Shown here: piece after piece, positions 55,101 to 64,000 of the stretch
Position numbering within the stretch: the first letter of the stretch is position 1
Layout of the letters: every line of letters begins with the position of its first letter
Source of the DNA: Eledone cirrhosa
Lineage: Eukaryota
Reading direction: 5' to 3'
NCBI GenBank assembly: GCA_964016885.1
Contig: OZ024751.1
Location: 45,880,001 to 45,944,000, forward strand
DNA: 64,000 bases
Made by a program: the position numbers and the translations under genes
Notes under the pieces: model-generated
The model's input: only the letters and a program-made list of their open reading frames with translations
The model's database searches: none
What the model was told of the DNA's origin: nothing

Positions 55101-58100
55101 CTGTAGGCTGTGTATGGAGTCCTCTATGAAAATACAACTAACTGTAGACTGTGTATGGAGTCCTCTATGACAATACACCTAACTGTAGGCTGTGTATGGA
55201 GTCCTCTATGAAAATACAACTAACTGTAGACTGTGTATGGAGTCCTCTATGACAATACACCTAACTGTAGGGTGTGTATGGAGTCCTCCATGACAATACA
55301 ACTAACTGTAGGCTGTGTATGGAGTCCTCTATGACAATACAACTAACTGTAGACTGTGTATGGAGTCCTCTATGACAATACAAGTAACTGTAGGCTGTGT
55401 ATGGAGTCCTCTATGACAATACAACTAACTGTAGGCTGTGTATGGAGTCCTCTATGACAATACAACTAACTGTAGGCTGTGTATGGAGTCCTCTATGACA
55501 ATACAACAAACTGTAGGCTGTGTATGGAGTCCTCTATGACGATACAACTAACTGTAGGCTGTGTATGGAGTCCTCTATGACAATACAACAAACTGTAGAC
55601 TGTGTATGGAGTCCTCTATGACGATACAACTAACAGTAGGCTGTGTATGGAGTCCTCTATGACAATACAACAAACTGTAGGCTGTGTATGGAGTCCTCTA
55701 TGACGATACAACTAACTGTAGGCTGTGTATGGAGTCCTCTATGACAATACAACTAACTGTACGCTGTGTATGGAGTCCTCTATGAAAATACAACTAACTG
55801 TAGGGTGTGTATGGAGTCCTCTATGACAATACAACTAACTGTAGGGTGTGTATGGAGTCCTCTATGAAAATACAACTAACTGTAGGGTGTGTATGGAGTC
55901 CTCTATGACAATACAACTAACTGTAGGGTGTGTATGGAGTCATCTATGACAATACACCTAACTGTAGGCTGTGTATGGAGTCCTCTATGACAATACAACT
56001 AACTGTAGGGTGTGTATGGAGTCCTCTATGACAATACAAGTAACTGTAGGCTGTGTATGGAGTCCTCTAAGACAATACAAGTAACTGTAGGCTGTGTATG
56101 GAGTCCTCTATGACAATACAACTAACTGTAGGCTGTGTATGGAGTCCTCTATGACAATACAACTAACTGTAGGCTGTGTATGGAATCCTCTATGGCAATA
56201 CAACTAACTGTAGGGTGTGTATGGAGTCCTCTATGACAATACAACTAACTGTAGGGTCTATATGGAGTCCTCTATGACAATACAACTAACTGTAGGCTGT
56301 GTATGGAGTCCTCTATGACAATACAACTAACTGTAGGCTGTGTATGGAGTCCTCTATGACAATACAACTAACTGTAGACTGTGTATGGAGTCCTCTATGA
56401 CAATACAAGTAACTGTAGGCTGTGTATGGAGTCCTCTAAGACAATACAAGTAACTGTAGGCTGTGTATGGAGTCCTCTATGACAATGCAACTAACTGTAG
56501 GCTGTGTATGGAGTCCTCTATGACAATACAAGTAACTGTAGACTGTGTATGGAGTCCTCTATGACAATACAACTAACTGTAGGCTGTGTATGGAGTCCTC
56601 TATGACAATACAAGTAACTGTAGACTGTGTATGGAGTCCTCTATGACAATACAACTAACTGTAGGGTGTGTATGGAGTCCTCTATGACAATACAACTAAC
56701 TGTAGGCTGTGTATGGAGTCCTCTATGACAATACAAGTAACTGTAGACTGTGTATGGAGTCCTCTATGACAATACAACTAACTGTAGGGTGTGTATGGAG
56801 TCCTCTATGACAATACAACTAACTGTAGGCTGTGTATGGAGTCCTCTATGACAATACAAGTAACTGTAGACTGTGTATGGAGTCCTCTATGACAATACAA
56901 CTAACTGTAGGGTGTGTATGGAGTCCTCTATGACAATACAACTAACTGTAGGGTGTGTATGGAGTCCTCTATGACAATACAACTAACTGTAGGGTGTGTA
57001 TGGAGTCCTCTATGACAATACAACTAACTGTAGGGTATGTATGGAGTCATCTATGACAATACAACTAAATGTAGGCTGTGTATGGAGTCCTCTATGACAA
57101 TACAACTAACTGTAGGCTGAGTATGGAGTCCTCTATGACAATACAACTAACTGTAGGCTGTGTATGGAATCCTCTATGGCAATACAACTAACTGTAGGGT
57201 GTGTATGGAGTCCTCTATGACAATACAACTAACTGTAGGGTCTGTATGGAGTCCTCTATGACAATACAACTAACTGTAGGCTGTGTATGGAGTCCTCTAT
57301 GACAATACAACTAACTGTAGGCTGTGTATGGAGTCCTCTATGACAATACAACTAACTGTAGACTGTGTATGGAGTCCTCTATGACGATACACCTAACTGT
57401 AGACTGTGTATGGAGTCCTCTATGACAATACAACTAACTGTAGGGTCTGTATGGAGTCCTCTATGACAATACAACTAACTGTAGGGTCTGTATGGAGTCC
57501 TCTATGACAATACAACTAACTGTAGGGTGTGTATGGAGTCATCTATGACAATACAACTAACTGTAGGCTGTGTATGGAGTCCTCTATGACGTTACACCTA
57601 ACTGTAGACTGTGTATGGAGTCCTCTATGACAATACAACAAACTGTAGGCTGTGTATGGAGTCCTCTATGACAATACAACAAACTGTAGGCTGTGTATGG
57701 AGTCCTCTATGACGATACAACTAACTGTAGGCTGTGTATGGAGTCCTCTATGACAATACAACAAACTGTAGGCTGTGTATGGAGTCCTCTATGACGATAC
57801 AACTAACTGTAGGCTGTGTATGGAGTCCTCTATGACAATACAACAAACTGTAGACTGTGTATGGAGTCCTCTATGACGATACAACTAACAGTAGGCTGTG
57901 TATGGAGTCCTCTATGACAATACAACAAACTGTAGGCTGTGTATGGGGTCCTCTATGACGATACAACTAACTGTAGGCTGTGTATGGAGTCCTCTATGAC
58001 AATACAACTAACTGTACGCTGTGTATGGAGTCCTCTATGAAAATACAACTAACTGTAGGGTGTGTATGGAGTCCTCTATGACAATACAACTAACTGTAGG

Positions 58101-61100
58101 GTGTGTATGGAGTCCTCTATGAAAATACAACTAACTGTAGGGTGTGTATGGAGTCCTCTATGACAATACAACTAACTGTAGGGTGTGTATGGAGTCATCT
58201 ATGACAATACACCTAACTGTAGGCTGTGTATGGAGTCCTCTATGACAATACAACTAACTGTAGGGTGTGTATGGAGTCCTCTATGACAATACAACAAACT
58301 GTAGGCTGTGTATGGAGTCCTCTATGACAATACAACTAACTGTAGGCTGTGTATGGAGTCCTCTATGAAAATACAACTAACTGTAGGGTGTGTATGGAGT
58401 CCTCTATGACAATACAACTAACTGTAGGCAGTGTATGGAGTCATCTATGACAATACACCTAACTGTAGGGTGTGTATGGAGTCCTCTATGGCAATACAAC
58501 TAACTGTAGACTGTGTATGGAGTCCTCTATGACAATACACCTAACTGTAGGGTGTGTATGGAGTCCTCTATGGCAATACAACTAACTGTAGACTGTGTAT
58601 GGAGTCCTCTATGACAATACACCTAACTGTAGGGTGTGTATGGAGTCCTCTATGGCAATACAACTAACTGTAGACTGTGTATGGAGTCCTCTATGACAAT
58701 ACACCTAACTGTAGGGTGTGTATGGAGTCCTCTATGACAATACACCTAACTGTAGGGTGTGTATGGAGTCCTCTATGACAATACAACTAACTGTAGGGTG
58801 TGTATGGAGTCCTCTATGACAATACACCTAACTGTAGGCTGTGTATGGAGTCCTCTATGAAAATACAACTAACTGTAGACTGTGTATGGAGTCCTCTATG
58901 ACAATACACCTAACTGTAGGGTGTGTATGGAGTCCTCTATGACAATACAACTAACTGTAGGCTGTGTATGGAGTCCTCTATGAAAATACAACTAACTGTA
59001 GGCTGTGTATGGAGTCCTCTATGAAAATACAACTAACTGTAGACTGTGTATGGAGTCCTCTATGACAATACACCTAACTGTAGGCTGTGTATGGAGTCCT
59101 CTATTAAAATACAACTAACTGTAGACTGTGTATGGAGTCCTCTATGACAATACACCTAACTGTAGGGTGTGTATGGAGTCCTCCATGACAATACAACTAA
59201 CTGTAGGCTGTGTATGGAGTCCTCTATGACAATACAACTAACTGTAGACTGTGTATGGAGTCCTCTATGACAATACAAGTAACTGTAGGCTGTGTATGGA
59301 GTCCTCTATGACAATACAACTAACTGTAGGCTGTGTATGGAGTCCTCTATGACAATACAACTAACTGTAGGCTGTGTATGGAGTCCTCTATGACAATACA
59401 ACAAACTGTAGGCTGTGTATGGAGTCCTCTATGACGATACAACTAACTGTAGGCTGTGTATGGAGTCCTCTATGACAATACAACAAACTGTAGACTGTGT
59501 ATGGAGTCCTCTATGACGATACAACTAACAGTAGGCTGTGTATGGAGTCCTCTATGACAATACAACAAACTGTAGGCTGTGTATGGAGTCCTCTATGACG
59601 ATACAACTAACTGTAGGCTGTGTATGGAGTCCTCTATGACAATACAACTAACTGTACGCTGTGTATGGAGTCCTCTATGAAAATACAACTAACTGTAGGG
59701 TGTGTATGGAGTCCTCTATGACAATACAACTAACTGTAGGGTGTGTATGGAGTCCTCTATGAAAATACAACTAACTGTAGGGTGTGTATGGAGTCCTCTA
59801 TGACAATACAACTAACTGTAGGGTGTGTATGGAGTCATCTATGACAATACACCTAACTGTAGGCTGTGTATGGAGTCCTCTATGACAATACAACTAACTG
59901 TAGGGTGTGTATGGAGTCCTCTATGACAATACAACAAACTGTAGGCTGTGTATGGAGTCCTCTATGACAATACAACTAACTGTAGGCTGTGTATGGAGTC
60001 CTCTATGAAAATACAACTAACTGTAGGGTGTGTATGGAGTCCTCTATGACAATACAACTAACTGTAGGCTGTGTATGGAGTCATCTATGACAATACACCT
60101 AACTGTAGGGTGTGTATGGAGTCCTCTATGGCAATACAACTAACTGTAGACTGTGTATGGAGTCCTCTATGACAATACACCTAACTGTAGGGTGTGTATG
60201 GAGTCCTCTATGGCAATACAACTAACTGTAGACTGTGTATGGAGTCCTCTATGACAATACACCTAACTGTAGGGTGTGTATGGAGTCCTCTATGGCAATA
60301 CAACTAACTGTAGACTGTGTATGGAGTCCTCTATGACAATACACCTAACTGTAGGGTGTGTATGGAGTCCTCTATGACAATACACCTAACTGTAGGGTGT
60401 GTATGGAGTCCTCTATGACAATACAACTAACTGTAGGGTGTGTATGGAGTACTCTATGACAATACACCTAACTGTAGGCTGTGTATGGAGTCCTCTATGA
60501 AAATACAACTAACTGTAGACTGTGTATGGAGTCCTCTATGACAATACACCTAACTGTAGGGTGTGTATGGAGTCCTCTATGACAATACAACTAACTGTAG
60601 GCTGTGTATGGAGTCCTCTATGAAAATACAACTAACTGTAGGCTGTGTATGGAGTCCTCTATGAAAATACAACTAACTGTAGACTGTGTATGGAGTCCTC
60701 TATGACAATACACCTAACTGTAGGGTGTGTATGGAGTCCTCCATGACAATACAACTAACTGTAGGCTGTGTATGGAGTCCTCTATGACAATACAACTAAC
60801 TGTTGACTGTGTATGGAGTCCTCTATGACAATACAAGTAACTGTAGGCTGTGTATGGAGTCCTCTATGACAATACAACTAACTGTAGGCTGTGTATGGAG
60901 TCCTCTATGACAATACAACTAACTGTAGGCTGTGTATGGAGTCCTCTATGACAATACAACTAACTGTAGGCTGTGTATGGAGTCCTCTATGACAATACAA
61001 CTAACTGTAGTCTGTGTGTGGAGTCCTCTATGACAATACAACTAACTGTAGGGTCTGTATGGAGTCCTCTATGACAATACAACTAACTGTAGGGTGTGTA

Positions 61101-64000
61101 TGGAGTCCTCTATGGCAATACAACTAACTGTAGGGTGTGTATGGAGTCCTCTATGACAATACAACTAACTGTAGGCTGTGTATGGAGTCCTCTATGACAA
61201 TACAAGTAACTGTAGGCTGTGTATGGAGTCCTCTATGACAATACGACTAACTGTAGGGTGTGTATGGAGTCCTCTATGACAATACAACTAACTGTAGGGT
61301 GTGTATGGAGTCCTCTATGACAATACACCTAACTGTAGGCTGTGTATGGAGTCCTCCATGACAATACAACTAACTGTAGGCTGTGTATGGAGTCCTCTAT
61401 GACAATACAACTAACTGTAGGCTGTGTATGGAGTCCTCCATGACAATACAACTAACTGTAGGCTGTGTATGGAGTCCTCTATGACAATACAACTAACTGT
61501 AGGCTGTGTATGGAGTCCTCTATGACAATACACCTAACTGTAGGCTGTGTATGGAGTCCTCCATGACAATACAACTAACTGTAGGCTGTGTATGGAGTCC
61601 TCTATGACAATACAACTAACTGTAGGCTGTGTATGGAGTCCTCTATGACAATACAACTAACTGTAGGCTGTGTATGGAGTCCTCTATGACAATACAACTA
61701 ACTGTAGGCTGTGTATGGAGTCCTCTATGACAATACAACTAACTGTAGGGTCTGTATCGAGTCCTCTATGACAATACAACTAACTGTAGGGTCTGTATGG
61801 AGTCCTCTATGACAATACAACTAACTGTAGGCTGTGTATGGAGTCCTCTATGGCAATACAACTAACTGTAGGCTGTGTATTGAGTCCTCTATGACAATAG
61901 AACTAACTGTAGGGTGTGTATGGAGTCCTCTATGACAATACAACTAACTGTAGGCTGTGTATGGAGTCCTCTATGACAATACAACTAACTGTAGGCTGTG
62001 TATGGAGTCCTCTATGACAATACAACTAACTGTAGGCTGTGTATGAAGTCCTCTATGACAATACAACAAACTGTAGGCTGTGTATGGAGTCCTCTATGAC
62101 AATACAACTAACTGTAGGGTGTGTATGGAGTCCTCTATGACGATACAACTAACTGTAGGGTGTGTATGGAGTCCTCTATGACAATACAACTAACTGTAGG
62201 CTGTGTATGGAGTCCTCTATGACAATACAATTAACTGTAGGGTGTGTATGGAGTCCTCTATGACAATACAACTAACTGTAGGGTGTGTATGGAGTCCTCT
62301 ATGACAATACAACAAACTGTAGGCTGTGTATGGAGTCCTCTATGACAATACAACTAACTGTAGACTGTGTATGGAGTCCTCTATGACAATACACCTAACT
62401 GTAGGGTGTGTATGGAGTCCTCTATGGCAATACAACTAACTGTAGACTGTGTATGGAGTCCTCTATGACAATACACCTAACTGTAGGGTGTGTATGGAGT
62501 CCTCTATGACGATACAACTAACTGTAGGGTGTGTATGGAGTCCTCTATGACAATACAACTAACTGTAGGCTGTGTATGGAGTCATCTATGACAATACACC
62601 TAACTGTAGGGTGTGTATGGAGTCCTCTATGGCAATACAACTAACTGTAGACTGTGTATGGAGTCCTCTATGACAATACACCTAACTGTAGGGTGTGTAT
62701 GGAGTCCTCTATGGCAATACAACTAACTGTAGACTGTGTATGGAGTCCTCTATGACAATACACCTAACTGTAGGGTGTGTATGGAGTCCTCTATGGCAAT
62801 ACAACTAACTGTAGACTGTGTATGGAGTCCTCTATGACAATACACCTAACTGTAGGGTGTGTATGGAGTCCTCTATGACAATACACCTAACTGTAGGGTG
62901 TGTATGGAGTCCTCTATGACAATACAACTAACTGTAGGGTGTGTATGGAGTACTCTATGACAATACACCTAACTGTAGGCTGTGTATGGAGTCCTCTATG
63001 AAAATACAACTAACTGTAGACTGTGTATGGAGTCCTCTATGACAATACACCTAACTGTAGGGTGTGTATGGAGTCCTCTATGACAATACAACTAACTGTA
63101 GGCTGTGTATGGAGTCCTCTATGAAAATACAACTAACTGTAGGCTGTGTATGGAGTCCTCTATGAAAATACAACTAACTGTAGACTGTGTATGGAGTCCT
63201 CTATGACAATACACCTAACTGTAGGGTGTGTATGGAGTCCTCCATGACAATACAACTAACTGTAGGCTGTGTATGGAGTCCTCTATGACAATACAACTAA
63301 CTGTTGACTGTGTATGGAGTCCTCTATGACAATACAAGTAACTGTAGGCTGTGTATGGAGTCCTCTATGACAATACAACTAACTGTAGGCTGTGTATGGA
63401 GTCCTCTATGACAATACAACTAACTGTAGGCTGTGTATGGAGTCCTCTATGACAATACAACTAACTGTAGGCTGTGTATGGAGTCCTCTATGACAATACA
63501 ACTAACTGTAGTCTGTGTGTGGAGTCCTCTATGACAATACAACTAACTGTAGGGTCTGTATGGAGTCCTCTATGACAATACAACTAACTGTAGGGTGTGT
63601 ATGGAGTCCTCTATGGCAATACAACTAACTGTAGGGTGTGTATGGAGTCCTCTATGACAATACAACTAACTGTAGGCTGTGTATGGAGTCCTCTATGACA
63701 ATACAAGTAACTGTAGGCTGTGTATGGAGTCCTCTATGACAATACGACTAACTGTAGGGTGTGTATGGAGTCCTCTATGACAATACAACTAACTGTAGGG
63801 TGTGTATGGAGTCCTCTATGACAATACACCTAACTGTAGGCTGTGTATGGAGTCCTCCATGACAATACAACTAACTGTAGGCTGTGTATGGAGTCCTCTA
63901 TGACAATACAACTAACTGTAGGCTGTGTATGGAGTCCTCCATGACAATACAACTAACTGTAGGCTGTGTATGGAGTCCTCTATGACAATACAACTAACTG
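49133..64000 (+). repeat. 41-bp satellite DNA array, ~360 monomers, running off the window end
   Basis: Unit gagtcctctatgacaatacaactaactgtaggctgtgtatg; period 41 measured (49141 vs 49182); almost no indels. Confidence 0.98.

Noticed and set aside
49133-64000. CRISPR-like array next to an RT-encoding element
   Set aside because: Contiguous monomers with no unique spacers, no cas genes, eukaryotic context; the LINE is 1.4 kb away with unrelated repeats between.
49133-64000. Satellite monomer as hammerhead or coding repeat
   Set aside because: No CUGANGA/GAAA on either strand; 41 is not a multiple of 3 and stops recur.

Overview
AT-rich, microsatellite-saturated eukaryotic non-coding DNA. The SINE families and repeat landscape suggest an octopod cephalopod (inference). 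No intact host gene is supported, and nearly all ORF-track entries are translations of simple repeats. Contents: (1) Penelope-like retroelements (PLEs) with an RT plus a C-terminal Cys-rich GIY-YIG nuclease, resembling the Naiad clade: a disrupted 5'-truncated copy at ~11.8-14.8 kb and an endonuclease/3'UTR copy at 3955-6453 with ~700-bp inverted arms. (2) A 5'-complete but frameshifted L1/Tx1-type LINE (41963-47741, minus) that splits a minisatellite. (3) At least 12 copies of a tRNA-derived SINE. (4) A likely non-autonomous Helitron and mariner remnants. (5) A >14.8-kb 41-bp satellite with nested 40-, 61- and 95-monomer duplications. The most striking signal is a set of about ten type I hammerhead ribozyme motifs of about seven sequence types. 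They lie in short islands between (TA)n runs, are often tied to fold-back structures, and include a U3-A8 compensatory core variant and palindromic (dimer-type) helix III forms. All folding was done by eye.
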